A stretch of 64,000 nt of DNA from Candidatus Sericytochromatia bacterium (GTDB lineage: Bacteria; Cyanobacteriota; Sericytochromatia; S15B-MN24; UBA4093): assembly GCA_036676985.1 (NCBI GenBank), contig JAKFBU010000001.1, forward strand, positions 32,001 through 96,000. Reading direction: 5' to 3'. The notes below the pieces were generated by a model that searched no databases, was not told where the DNA came from, and saw nothing but the letters and a program-made list of their open reading frames with translations. How positions within the stretch are numbered: the first letter of the stretch is position 1; every line of letters begins with the position of its first letter. A program made the position numbers and the translations under genes. This document shows positions 29,403 to 38,863 of this stretch, piece after piece.

Positions 29403-31460
29403 ATGAGCAACACATGGCGTAAGACACTCAACGCCGTGTTGAGCGCCTTCATGATTGTCGGGATGAGCGCGCTGCCCTCGGTGACGAGCAACGCGGCCTA
29501 TGCCCAGTCGGAAGGGGACACTCGCACGGTTCAGCAAGAAGTTGGTACACGCACGGACAACGAGTCCACGACCAGCGCCGCCTACGATCCCACGTCCGGG
29601 GTCACGACCATCCGGCGCAAGCAAGACACCGTTCGCCTCTACAACGAGCGCACGGAGTCGTATCGTCAAACTGGTAATCGCACGGATACTCGCTACCGGC
29701 AGGATCCGGTCTACGAAACCCGCTACCGCCAGGAGCAGCGTCAACGGCAGGAGACCCAGCAGGTCGCTCGCACGGGCTACCGCCAGGAGACCCAGCAGGA
29801 GACCCGCTACCGCCCGGTCTACGAGACCAAGTACCGTCAGGTCGCTCGCACGGGCTACCGCACGGAGACCCAGTATCGCACCGAGTACGAGGCCGTCTAC
29901 ACGACGCAGGCCTACCAGGACCAGGAAGCCTACACGGCATACGGCTGGCGCTGGGAGACCCGGTATACCTCGCAGTGGCAGTGGATCACCCGCTACCGCA
30001 CCGAGACCGTCAAACGCTGGTACACTTCCCCCGGTTACTGGGCCGGCACCTATGAGTACGGCTACTTCGGCTACCCCGGCTGCTACTACACCAGCCGCTA
30101 TCGCACCTACTGGGTGAGCGGCTACACCTACTCGCTCTGGGAGAACGTCTCGGTCCCCTACCAGTCCTGTGAGCTGGTGTCCGTTCCCTATCAGGAGCGG
30201 GTGCAGTACGCGTACACCGCCTACCGGCCGGTGACCCGCTACCGCAGCGTGTTCTCCTACTGGCGCCCCTACACGGTCGCCACCACCGTCTCGGTCCCCT
30301 ACACCTACTACGTGACCGAGTCCTACCAGGAACAGGCCTACGACCTGGTCGGCTACCGTGACAACTACGGCTACACCTGGGTCAACGAGTCCTACACCGA
30401 GTGGGGCTACTTCGGCTATCCCGGCTGCTACTACACCAGCCGTACGAGCAACCGTAAGGTCTGGAAGTACGCCTTCCTCGGCCGTGATCCCATCTACCAG
30501 CCTCGCCAGGAGGCCTACCAGGTGCCCGTGACGGTCACGGTCGCCTACACCTACTACGAGCCCGTGACGGTGACCGTCACCTACAACGTCGACGTCGCCT
30601 ACGAGGTCCAGACCGGTACGCGCCAGGTGGCCTACCAGGTCGTGGTCCCCGTCTACAACTGGGTGCCCAACGGCGACTGGCAGTCCAAGGAGGAGATCAC
30701 CCGGACGTCCTTCGTCACGGTGGGTCGCGTCGGCTCGGCGGTGATGGCGGCGGAAGCTGCCGGACCCACCAAGGCCAAGTCCTCCACCTTCATGTCCGAC
30801 AGCGGCACGGGCAACACCAAGACCGAGCTGTCCGGCTCGAAGAAGCGCCTGGTCTTCAAGGCTGACGAGGCCGTCGCTTCGACGGCCAAGGTGGCCGAGG
30901 TCAGCGCCGGCTCGATCCGGGACAACAACGGGAACAACGGCAACGGCAATGGTCGGAACGTGACGCCCGCCCCGGTGATCGTCTTCGTGCCGACCCCGCC
31001 CCCCGTGGCCATCGTCCGACCCACCCCGGCTCCGACTCCGCGGCCGACGGCCACCCCGGCGCCTACCCCGACTCCCACCCCCGCGGTGGATCTGTCGACG
31101 GTGGACGACGAGAACCAGACGTTCACGATCACCAACTGGACCGGCACCTTCGAGAAGGGCAACCAGCGGGTGGTCATCTCGAACTCTGGCGGCAAGCCGC
31201 GTGCGGCGCTGTACAAGAAGAACGGCAATCAGTGGACGCTGATTGCTCAGGACACGGCTCCCCCGTCGGGTACGCTGCGTTCCAGCAACTCGGCATACAA
31301 CGACAACCCTCAGACCAACGGCAGCGGTCGCAGCTTCTACACCAACGGGGACATCGTCCTCAAGCGCAAGAAGAACGGCGACCTCAAGCTGAGCGGGACC
31401 TACACGGGTACCGACGTCGATGGAGGGTCGTTCAGCTTCACCGACATGAAGAAGCAGTAG
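29403..31460 (+). CDS. Secreted Tyr/Thr/Arg/Val-rich repeat protein (YTV-like, predicted branched beta-ribbon) with a PT linker and a C-terminal beta domain
   Basis: GGAGG RBS, signal peptide ending AYA, repeats PVYET, TRYR, VSVPY, QVARTGYR x2, GYFGYPGCYYTSR x2. Confidence 0.85.
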   Translation: MSNTWRKTLNAVLSAFMIVGMSALPSVTSNAAYAQSEGDTRTVQQEVGTRTDNESTTSAAYDPTSGVTTIRRKQDTVRLYNERTESYRQTGNRTDTRYRQDPVYETRYRQEQRQRQETQQVARTGYRQETQQETRYRPVYETKYRQVARTGYRTETQYRTEYEAVYTTQAYQDQEAYTAYGWRWETRYTSQWQWITRYRTETVKRWYTSPGYWAGTYEYGYFGYPGCYYTSRYRTYWVSGYTYSLWENVSVPYQSCELVSVPYQERVQYAYTAYRPVTRYRSVFSYWRPYTVATTVSVPYTYYVTESYQEQAYDLVGYRDNYGYTWVNESYTEWGYFGYPGCYYTSRTSNRKVWKYAFLGRDPIYQPRQEAYQVPVTVTVAYTYYEPVTVTVTYNVDVAYEVQTGTRQVAYQVVVPVYNWVPNGDWQSKEEITRTSFVTVGRVGSAVMAAEAAGPTKAKSSTFMSDSGTGNTKTELSGSKKRLVFKADEAVASTAKVAEVSAGSIRDNNGNNGNGNGRNVTPAPVIVFVPTPPPVAIVRPTPAPTPRPTATPAPTPTPTPAVDLSTVDDENQTFTITNWTGTFEKGNQRVVISNSGGKPRAALYKKNGNQWTLIAQDTAPPSGTLRSSNSAYNDNPQTNGSGRSFYTNGDIVLKRKKNGDLKLSGTYTGTDVDGGSFSFTDMKKQ
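30060..30443 (+). repeat. 39-bp near-identical intragenic direct repeat encoding GYFGYPGCYYTSR (30060-30098 and 30405-30443)
   Basis: GGCTACTTCGGCTA(C/T)CCCGGCTGCTACTACACCAGCCG(C/T); only synonymous differences. Confidence 0.95.
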
Positions 31461-31467
31461 ATCCATC

Positions 31468-31500
31468 AGGCCCCGGGGCAGATGCCCCGGGGCCTCTTTC
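31468..31500 (+). terminator. Terminator between the repeat protein and the pilin genes
   Basis: AGGCCCCGGGGCA-GA-TGCCCCGGGGCCT followed by CTTTC. Confidence 0.7.
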
Positions 31501-31570
31501 GTTCGCGAAACCGGACGATTAGCGAGCGCCCGTGCAGGGAAGAAAGACTCAGAGGCTTTCGGATCGGAGC

Positions 31571-32554
31571 ATGCACGTGCGTCATCAATCAGCCACAAGG
31601 GATCAGCGGCAACGGCAGGCGGGCTTCTCGCTCACCGAGCTCTTGATTGCGTCCACGGCATTCGTCATCATCATGTCGGCGGCCATGAGCATGATGGTGC
31701 AGTGGCAGCGCGTGAACGGCCGCAGCGAGGGGGACATCACCGCCATCAACCAGGCCGCCAAGGCCATCGGCCAGATCGCCGACGACGTCCGAATGGCGAC
31801 CTACATCTACCACTACGCGACCATCTCGATCGAGCAGAACGGCGTCAACGAGTTCCGCTCCTCGGCCAACCCCGAGACGTTCCGGAACATCGGCATCGTC
31901 ACCCAGGGCGCTCAGGCGGACGGCGTTGCCAACACCTTCTTCACCAACCGGGGCGTCCCCACCTCCATGATGGGCGTGACGAGCAACGGCACCTCCTCGA
32001 TCCTGGCCCTCATCACCGACCAGCCCTACGGTCTCAGCCGCCCCCGCTACATCCTCTACTGGATGGGACCGTCGACGGGCCAGCTGCGCGGCCGCGAGAC
32101 CGGGGACGACCTGACCGTCCATCCGCTCTATCGCCTGGAGGCCTCGCCGTCCAGCAACGTCGCGGTCGCAAACCCCACCTCTTGGTACACCTTCGGCAAC
32201 GCGATCAGCACCACGGCCGCGACCTCGGGCATCTACATCACCCTCCGGACGGGCTCCACCTCCACCATCCAGGACTTCTGGAGCAACGGGGTGCGCCGCA
32301 ACTCGGTCACCGTCAACTACCGCCTCAACAAGATGGCCGACATCGTCATGGGCCGGGACATCAACGGTCCGTTCACCATCCGCAACGAGCACCCGTTCAG
32401 CAATGCCTCGCTCCTGAGCCCCTACTCGGCGACCGTCTCCATCTCGACCTCCCGCGTCGGCAACTCCGGCAGCGTGCGGGGCAACAACGTGGACGTCTAC
32501 ACCTTGACCACCAATGCCTATGCCCGCAACATCCCGCTTCCCCAGCAGAACTAA
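31571..32554 (+). CDS. Type IV minor pilin/pseudopilin (PilW/GspJ-like)
   Basis: Class III signal RQAG|FSLTELLIAS with Glu+5; IADDVRMA helix; C-terminal YARN. Confidence 0.85.
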   Translation: MHVRHQSATRDQRQRQAGFSLTELLIASTAFVIIMSAAMSMMVQWQRVNGRSEGDITAINQAAKAIGQIADDVRMATYIYHYATISIEQNGVNEFRSSANPETFRNIGIVTQGAQADGVANTFFTNRGVPTSMMGVTSNGTSSILALITDQPYGLSRPRYILYWMGPSTGQLRGRETGDDLTVHPLYRLEASPSSNVAVANPTSWYTFGNAISTTAATSGIYITLRTGSTSTIQDFWSNGVRRNSVTVNYRLNKMADIVMGRDINGPFTIRNEHPFSNASLLSPYSATVSISTSRVGNSGSVRGNNVDVYTLTTNAYARNIPLPQQN

Positions 32555-32564
32555 GGAGGGCATC

Positions 32565-33386
32565 GTGCGCATGAGGCAGTCCGACGCGGGGTTCACCCTC
32601 ATCGAGGTCGCGGTCGCCGCGACCCTCATCGCGACCGTGCTCTTTGGCATGGGATCGGTCATGATGAACTACACCAACGCCCGCAACAAGGTCAGCGGCC
32701 TGGCCGTCGCCCAGAACATCGTCCAGGCCGAGATCGACGACGTGCTCATGCACACGCAGATCGAGAACAGCCTGGTGAGCGACACCCGTGGTCGCAGCCG
32801 CCCGGTCTACCTCGAGAACGGCAGCGCGAGCGTCCTGGTCTCCAACTACTGGTACCTCAACTTCCCGCGTTTCCCGACCAACCCGGTCATCGACCACAAC
32901 ACCCAGGGCCAGACCTGGGGCATCAGCGTGGACAGCCTGGAGAGCCGCTTCGGCTCCACGCCCGGCAACCTGTATAACGCGGGCGGCACCCGCATCGCCG
33001 GTGCGAGCCCCGAAGACGAGCAGATCGCCTACATCGCGCGCCTGCAACTGTACGGAGCCCTCGGCCCGGTGAACAACGTAGAGACCTACATCAACGGGGC
33101 GACGTCGTCGGCCAACCCGAACGGCCAGTTCGTCGACACCATCACACGGCCCGCCTACCTGATCGCTGACACCTGCATCAACCAGGGCGGGGCCGCCATC
33201 GACAACTCGGACTCCGACGCCAACTTCAACAACTACCGGATCAAGATCCTGGTGGTGCGCGTGTACAACAAGAAGTACTACTTCGACGACAACGGCAACC
33301 GGGCCTCTTTCATCAAGCCCACGGGCGGCACCAAGCCCGAGATCACCCACAGCTACGCCGTGCTCAACGGTCGGATTCGGCTCTAA
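32565..33386 (+). CDS. Type IV minor pilin/pseudopilin (PilV/GspI-like)
   Basis: DAG|FTLIEVAVAA with Glu+5; AGGAGG RBS. Confidence 0.85.
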   Translation: MRMRQSDAGFTLIEVAVAATLIATVLFGMGSVMMNYTNARNKVSGLAVAQNIVQAEIDDVLMHTQIENSLVSDTRGRSRPVYLENGSASVLVSNYWYLNFPRFPTNPVIDHNTQGQTWGISVDSLESRFGSTPGNLYNAGGTRIAGASPEDEQIAYIARLQLYGALGPVNNVETYINGATSSANPNGQFVDTITRPAYLIADTCINQGGAAIDNSDSDANFNNYRIKILVVRVYNKKYYFDDNGNRASFIKPTGGTKPEITHSYAVLNGRIRL

Positions 33387-33397
33387 GGACGGTGCAC

Positions 33398-35356
33398 ATG
33401 GTTCGGCAGCGGAAAGACCGGAAGAACGAACAGGGCTTCACCCTCGCCTTCACGATCATGCTCACGGTCGTGCTCAGCCTGGCGGCCGTGGCCATCATGG
33501 CCAAGGTCTTCGTCAGCACGCGGCAGTCCGGCTTCACCAAGGAGCGGCAGAACACCATGGACGCCGCGGTGATCGGCCTGAACATGGCGCTGGACGAGAT
33601 CTCTCCGGGCCTGGACCGCATGCGCAACGTCGTCTGGACCTCCGCGCCGTCGGACGTGAACGCCGGCGGCAACATCTATCCGCTCGCCACCTACACCCAG
33701 ACCCAGATGACGGCGGCCGGGGCGTCGACCAGCACCCCCGTGCGCCAGCTCAGCATGGTGGCCAACATCCGCAACTGGGAGGCCTTCGCCAACTGGTCCG
33801 GCACCACGACGGCCGACTGGAACAAGGGCTGGGCCTACGTCGCAAGCGCCTCGACGGTCCAGTACTTCGACGCCGCACCGGGACAGACGGGCCGCGCCAC
33901 GGTCAGCATCGGCAACGAGAACACGACGGGCGCCTACTGGTACAAGCAGATCGAGCCCAAGCCCCCAGTCCTCACGAACGGGGGCCCGGACGTGCCGGTC
34001 CTGCCGAACGGCAGCAAGATCTGGCCCAACGCCCGCGGCGGCGGGATCTACGGCAACGAGTACCCCTACGGCGTCTTCTGCCAGCCGGTCTTGCGCAAGG
34101 TCTTCCAGGTCCGCCAGAACCCCATCGTGCGCGTGGCGGTCTACGTCCGCCTTTCCCTGCAGGATTACTACGGCCCCGAGATCGCCGGCGGCCAGGTGAC
34201 CTACCGCAACGTGGGACTGGACGGACGAACCATCCCCACCGGTACGCCCGGGATGGATGCGGCCTCGGCCTCGTTCGACGGTCGCAACTTCCTCGAGACC
34301 AACGCCGTCACATTCTCGATCTTCGCTGTCAGCGAGGGGTCCGGCGACTCGAAGGGCGTTCGTATCCACCAGGCACTGAACATCAACCTGGGCGGCGCGG
34401 AGTACATTTCCGGGGCCTCGCCGCGGCTATCGAACGGGCAGAACATGAATGCCAACGGCCTCGAGAACGTCAACCGCCTGTTCCTGGCGGGCGGCGGCGC
34501 GACGCCGTATGCGCATCGCTTGATCCCCTACTTCGCCCCGACGCTCGATACGCCGAGCGGCAACAACCAGCTGACGGCCTACTCGTCGATCACGGGCCAG
34601 GTCTATCCGGCCTCGTCGGATCTGAGCTTCAACTTCGCGACACGCCCGGCCACCGAAAGCGTCGTCTTCCTGTATGAGCACATCAAGCTCGTCGGCGCCG
34701 ACAACGCCAACGTCGTCTTCCTGATCGAGCAGATTCCGCCGGGCGTCAACGGGACGAACCGCTACTGGCGCCGGCGGCTGCTGTTCGACGGCCCGCGAGG
34801 CTTCAGCAGCCCCCTCTGGGAACAGTTCGTGGGTCAGGGCTACAACGCGAACCAAGCCATGATGTTCAATCGGGCCTCCTACTCCATCGACCCATGGACC
34901 AGCACGGCGGGCTTCCCGTCCATGCTCTACTGGGCCAACAAGGTCGCGAGCAACCTGGCCGGCAACCTGGTCCCCATCGCCCCGGGCGAGGAGCACTTCT
35001 TCGCCCCCAGCAACCTGGACCGGACGGATGCCCAGCGCTATCCCTTCACGGCCCGGCTGGACCGGTTCGGAACGTTCACCGTCGGTACGCAGTCGGCGAC
35101 GGACTTCGGAGTGCCGGCCGCCGACGCGCGAGGCGACGTCGTCACCTGGCCGAACAACCCCCTGCTCGACTACCGAGGCACCCGCCTGGCCGCGAGCATG
35201 CCATGGCAAGGCCCGACGGTCCCGGTCTCGACGGCCGTGGCGACGGTCTCCTACGTGGCGACGACCTGGCCCAAGAATGCCTGGTCGACCATCTGGACAG
35301 GCCAGGGCGGAGGCATCGGCCTGCCCTTCACGGCGGCGACCTGGAGCGTGTTCTAG
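33398..35356 (+). CDS. Large PilX/GspK-like minor pilin
   Basis: EQG|FTLAFTIMLTVVL class III signal lacking Glu+5; DAAVIGLNMAL helix; Asn/Thr/Gly/aromatic-rich body. Confidence 0.75.
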   Translation: MVRQRKDRKNEQGFTLAFTIMLTVVLSLAAVAIMAKVFVSTRQSGFTKERQNTMDAAVIGLNMALDEISPGLDRMRNVVWTSAPSDVNAGGNIYPLATYTQTQMTAAGASTSTPVRQLSMVANIRNWEAFANWSGTTTADWNKGWAYVASASTVQYFDAAPGQTGRATVSIGNENTTGAYWYKQIEPKPPVLTNGGPDVPVLPNGSKIWPNARGGGIYGNEYPYGVFCQPVLRKVFQVRQNPIVRVAVYVRLSLQDYYGPEIAGGQVTYRNVGLDGRTIPTGTPGMDAASASFDGRNFLETNAVTFSIFAVSEGSGDSKGVRIHQALNINLGGAEYISGASPRLSNGQNMNANGLENVNRLFLAGGGATPYAHRLIPYFAPTLDTPSGNNQLTAYSSITGQVYPASSDLSFNFATRPATESVVFLYEHIKLVGADNANVVFLIEQIPPGVNGTNRYWRRRLLFDGPRGFSSPLWEQFVGQGYNANQAMMFNRASYSIDPWTSTAGFPSMLYWANKVASNLAGNLVPIAPGEEHFFAPSNLDRTDAQRYPFTARLDRFGTFTVGTQSATDFGVPAADARGDVVTWPNNPLLDYRGTRLAASMPWQGPTVPVSTAVATVSYVATTWPKNAWSTIWTGQGGGIGLPFTAATWSVF

Positions 35357-35419
35357 GACCGACGGCAAGCGGAGGATCTGCTAGACTGGGGCCACCTTGC
35401 GCGTCATAGGAGGCCCCGG

Positions 35420-36148
35420 ATGATCCCCCTGCACGACGACATCCCCTCGCCACGAGTTCCGGTCGTCAACTATGCCCTCATCGTCTTGAACGTCGTGGCC
35501 TTCCTGCACGAGCTCACGCTCGGGCCGGCCATCGAGGCGTTCTTCCGGCAGTGGGCGGTCGTTCCGCGCGAGGTGACGACCGCCTGGCTGCAGCTGACCC
35601 ATGGCGTCATCCAGACGGACGTGTGGCTGACGGTGCTGACGGCCATGTTCCTGCACGGGGGATGGCTGCACCTGTTGGGGAACATGCTCTCCCTGTGGAT
35701 CTTCGGGGACAACGTGGAGGGGCGGCTCGGCCACGTGGGCTTCCTGCTCTTCTACCTGTTCGCGGGGGCGGTGGCCACCCTCCTCCAGGTGGCCGTCAAC
35801 CCCATGAGCACGATCCCGAACCTGGGGGCGAGCGGGGCGATCGCGGGCGTCCTCGGCTGTTATCTCATCCTGTTTCCGGACGCCCGGGTCCTGACGCTGG
35901 TCCCGCTGGGCTTCTTCCTCACGACCATCCGCATCTGGGCCTGGATCTACCTGGTGCTGTGGTTCGCCATCCAGGCCGTCCAGGGCGTCTCCATGCTCGC
36001 GCCCGCCCGGGCCGACGTCGGGGGCGTGGCCTGGTGGGCGCACATCGGCGGGTTCGTGGTCGGGATCGCCGTGGGGGTCGCGAGCCGGGCCACGCGTAGG
36101 CCGCCGCCGCGCAACCCCTATGCGGATCGGTGGTACTCGAACCGCTAG
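35420..36148 (+). CDS. Rhomboid intramembrane serine protease
   Basis: MFLHGGWLHLLGNM, GASGAIAG, WAHIGGF. Confidence 0.95.
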   Translation: MIPLHDDIPSPRVPVVNYALIVLNVVAFLHELTLGPAIEAFFRQWAVVPREVTTAWLQLTHGVIQTDVWLTVLTAMFLHGGWLHLLGNMLSLWIFGDNVEGRLGHVGFLLFYLFAGAVATLLQVAVNPMSTIPNLGASGAIAGVLGCYLILFPDARVLTLVPLGFFLTTIRIWAWIYLVLWFAIQAVQGVSMLAPARADVGGVAWWAHIGGFVVGIAVGVASRATRRPPPRNPYADRWYSNR

Positions 36149-36891
36149 GGCTCTTCCTCGGGGGGCGGAGTGGGCGTCGGCCCCTGGTAGTCGAGATCCA
36201 GGTTGCGCCGCTCGCTGGTGCCCGTCCCGCCGCCGCCGGCATCCAGCTCCACCTCCCACTGGTAGTTGCCGGGCTGGGTGGCCTGGTCGAGGGTGGTCAC
36301 GGGCGTGGTGGTCCAGCCGCTCGTCCAGATGGGATCGGGCTTCGTCACCCCGGCGCTGCGGTCGTAGATCCGCACCCGGTAGTGCGACGCCTCGCGGTGC
36401 GTGTGCCAGTGGAAGGGCAGCGGGAACGTCTTGGAGTAGGTGTTCGACTTGCCCGACTCCGGGTAGATGAGGCCGTTGTAGGCCACGTCGAAGGGGGCGA
36501 GGCGCGCCCCGCCACCGCCGATGCTCACGTCCTTGGTGATCCAGCTCCCGACGTGCTTGGGCCCGATCTGCGTGCCGCCCACGAGCACCACCGAGGAGGC
36601 CAGGTCGAAGCGCACCCGGTACTGGCCGCCCTTGAGGCGCTCGAAGCGGTACTGGCCCGTGGAGTCGGTGGTCGAGACGGCGGTCGCGCCGTTCACCTGG
36701 TAGGCCGTCCAGCGCTCGTTGGCGACCGTCTGCAGGCTCACGGTGATCCCGGAGGCGGGCTTGCCGTCGAAGCGGACCTCGCCGACGATGACGCCCGCGG
36801 GTACCCCGCTCAGGAGGTCGCAGCCCGAGGCCAGCCCCAGGAGAACCGGCGCCGCGAGCCACGCCATGCGCCAGCCCCGCGCCGCCCGCAT
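36145..36891 (-). CDS. Lipoprotein with carboxypeptidase-regulatory/prealbumin-like and Ig-like domains
   Basis: LASGC lipobox; TTDSTGQYRFERL motif; start at 36891 or 36867. Confidence 0.7.
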   Translation of the reverse strand: MRAARGWRMAWLAAPVLLGLASGCDLLSGVPAGVIVGEVRFDGKPASGITVSLQTVANERWTAYQVNGATAVSTTDSTGQYRFERLKGGQYRVRFDLASSVVLVGGTQIGPKHVGSWITKDVSIGGGGARLAPFDVAYNGLIYPESGKSNTYSKTFPLPFHWHTHREASHYRVRIYDRSAGVTKPDPIWTSGWTTTPVTTLDQATQPGNYQWEVELDAGGGGTGTSERRNLDLDYQGPTPTPPPEEEP

Positions 36892-36919
36892 GGCGACGTC
36901 CGTGGAAGGGTCCTGCCCG

Positions 36920-38461
36920 CTAGAAGTCCGTGCCGGTCGAGATGGCGTACCCGATGCCATCGTAGTCACCCATCAGGACGTTCGACTGCATGTTCAGCTC
37001 GAAGGTGAGGCTGGGCATCAGGGGGTTCGGAATGCCGAGCTGCACCGTCCAACCCGCCTTGGTACCCAGGAGCGAGCCCGGGCCCTGCTGGCCATTGGCG
37101 GCGAAGATGGTCTCGGGCTCCTTGGCGCCCACCAGCACCGACGGGATCCAGCCCTGGGCCGGGTAGAAGAAGTAGCCCGTGGGGATGATCTCACCGGTGG
37201 TCATGTCCGCGTCGGACTTGTAGGTCATGCCCAGGCACAGCTCGGAGCCGCCGAAGGGGCTGGTGATGAAGTTGACGCCGGCCTTGGGCGTGATCTTGGT
37301 GCCGGAGTAGGTCATGCCGCCCTGCAGGCTCAGGCCCAGCTTGTCGCTGCCGAGGTTGAGGGCCGCGGCCGCGTGGTAGGTGGGGTCGCCTTCCAGGTTG
37401 ACGTTGCCGATCGAGTTGTGGTCGGCGTCGGCCACCAGGCGCACGTCGCCGAGACCTCCCAGGTCCAGGGAGGCGCCGCCGTAGACGAACTGGGTGTTCA
37501 CGCCGAGGCCGTAGCCGAGGGCACCGGTCTTGAACTTGGCGCCGATGCCGATGTCGTTGCTTCCGAGCCGCACGGTGTTGCCAGACGGCCCCGAGAGGCC
37601 CGAGCCGATGATGCCGTCCCCGTAGTGGCTGGCGAAGCCGCCCAGACCCACCAGCGCCCCGCCCGGAAAGAAGCCCACCCGGAAGCTCGCGTCGCCCAAG
37701 GACGGGATCTTGGTGGTGATGCGGGTGTTGGCGTTGAGGTACATCAGGCCGTCCGGCAAGCCCTTGTCCTTCAGGTCGCCGCGCGTGAAGACCGGCGTAC
37801 CGCCCGAGGCCGCGGCCGGCTTGCCGCCGCCGATGGAGGCGCTGATGCTCGTGTTCTCGTCGATCTCGCTCGCGAACTTGACCTCGAAGCCCGAGGTGAC
37901 GTGCGGCTTGAGGCGATCCTCGGGATCGTCCTGCATGGTCACGCCGATCCAGCCGTGCACCTTGTCGCCGCCGCCGGCCTTGGACTTGAGGTCCTTGAGG
38001 GCCGACTCGACGGTCTTGGAGTTGTCCTCCAGCTGGACCAGGCGGGTGTGGAGGTCGCGCAGCTCCACCTTGAACTCGTCCTTGAGGCGATCGACCAGCT
38101 TGGCGTCCCCGGGCGTCGGGGGCGTGCCGCGGGTCTCCATGCTGTCCAGCCGGCTCATGAGGGTCGAGAGCACGGCCGCCAGCTCGTAGCGACTGACGGG
38201 CTTGGCGCCCCGGAAGGTCTTGTCGGGATAGCCGCCCATCAGGCGGTACTTCTCGACCAGGGACTGGATCGCGCCGTAGGCCCAGTGATTAGGCGCCAGA
38301 TCGACCAACTGCGCGACCTTGAGCATCCCCTTGGTGGCAGCAGCATCCGACTGGGCGACGGCCGGCGCCTGCAGCGCCAACAACGACACGGTGGCCGCCG
38401 CGGCAACGGTCAGGTGGCCCTGGAACCTCGGTCTCAATGAACTGCCTCCTATTGGTCGCAT
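36920..38461 (-). CDS. SLH-domain outer-membrane porin (SomA/OmpM-like)
   Basis: Signal peptide, DLAPNHWAYGAI...GYPDKTFRG...SRYELA SLH domain, coiled coil, beta-barrel ending in Phe. Confidence 0.88.
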   Translation of the reverse strand: MRPIGGSSLRPRFQGHLTVAAAATVSLLALQAPAVAQSDAAATKGMLKVAQLVDLAPNHWAYGAIQSLVEKYRLMGGYPDKTFRGAKPVSRYELAAVLSTLMSRLDSMETRGTPPTPGDAKLVDRLKDEFKVELRDLHTRLVQLEDNSKTVESALKDLKSKAGGGDKVHGWIGVTMQDDPEDRLKPHVTSGFEVKFASEIDENTSISASIGGGKPAAASGGTPVFTRGDLKDKGLPDGLMYLNANTRITTKIPSLGDASFRVGFFPGGALVGLGGFASHYGDGIIGSGLSGPSGNTVRLGSNDIGIGAKFKTGALGYGLGVNTQFVYGGASLDLGGLGDVRLVADADHNSIGNVNLEGDPTYHAAAALNLGSDKLGLSLQGGMTYSGTKITPKAGVNFITSPFGGSELCLGMTYKSDADMTTGEIIPTGYFFYPAQGWIPSVLVGAKEPETIFAANGQQGPGSLLGTKAGWTVQLGIPNPLMPSLTFELNMQSNVLMGDYDGIGYAISTGTDF

Positions 38462-38863
38462 GGTCTTTGCACCACGCTAGCGCTTCGCGCGCGGGCGATC
38501 TGTGATGAATGCAACCCCCGAGGCCCGGCTGGTCCACCGAAAGCTCGTAGGGCAGGCGATCTCCGGGGCATTATTCCGCACGGTAGGTCGGTTATAACAG
38601 GGCCCAGGTTAAAACTTGCTTTCCATCCAGGCTCCTGTCCGGGTCCAGACGAGCAAGGCCCCCGGGGCCGCGCGGGATCCCGCGCCGCTCCCCCCGGATC
38701 CGGCCCCTCGCCTGATCATGTTGCACGAACGGGCGAGCGCGCTTTCGGCGAACCTTCCATACCCCCGGAATGGCCCGGTTGCTACCCTGGGTCTCGACCC
38801 GGACCCAAGGGGTCATCGTTGCAGAGTCACCCAAGCGAACGCCCAAGAGGAGTGAGCCGACCC

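Noticed and set aside
30060-30443. GYFGYPGCYYTSR as a multi-core RiPP precursor processed by TldD/E
   Set aside because: No RiPP modifying enzymes are adjacent, tldDE is about 15 kb away, and the motif position is explained by hairpin symmetry.
29700-30450. DNA direct repeats in the ribbon gene as a CRISPR array or DGR template/variable pair
   Set aside because: The repeats are in frame, irregularly spaced and differ only at synonymous C/T positions rather than at adenines; no cas or reverse transcriptase gene is present.
38616-38855. 79-aa ORF in the SLH-porin upstream region
   Set aside because: TTG start without an RBS, atypical codons and no motif; more likely promoter DNA.
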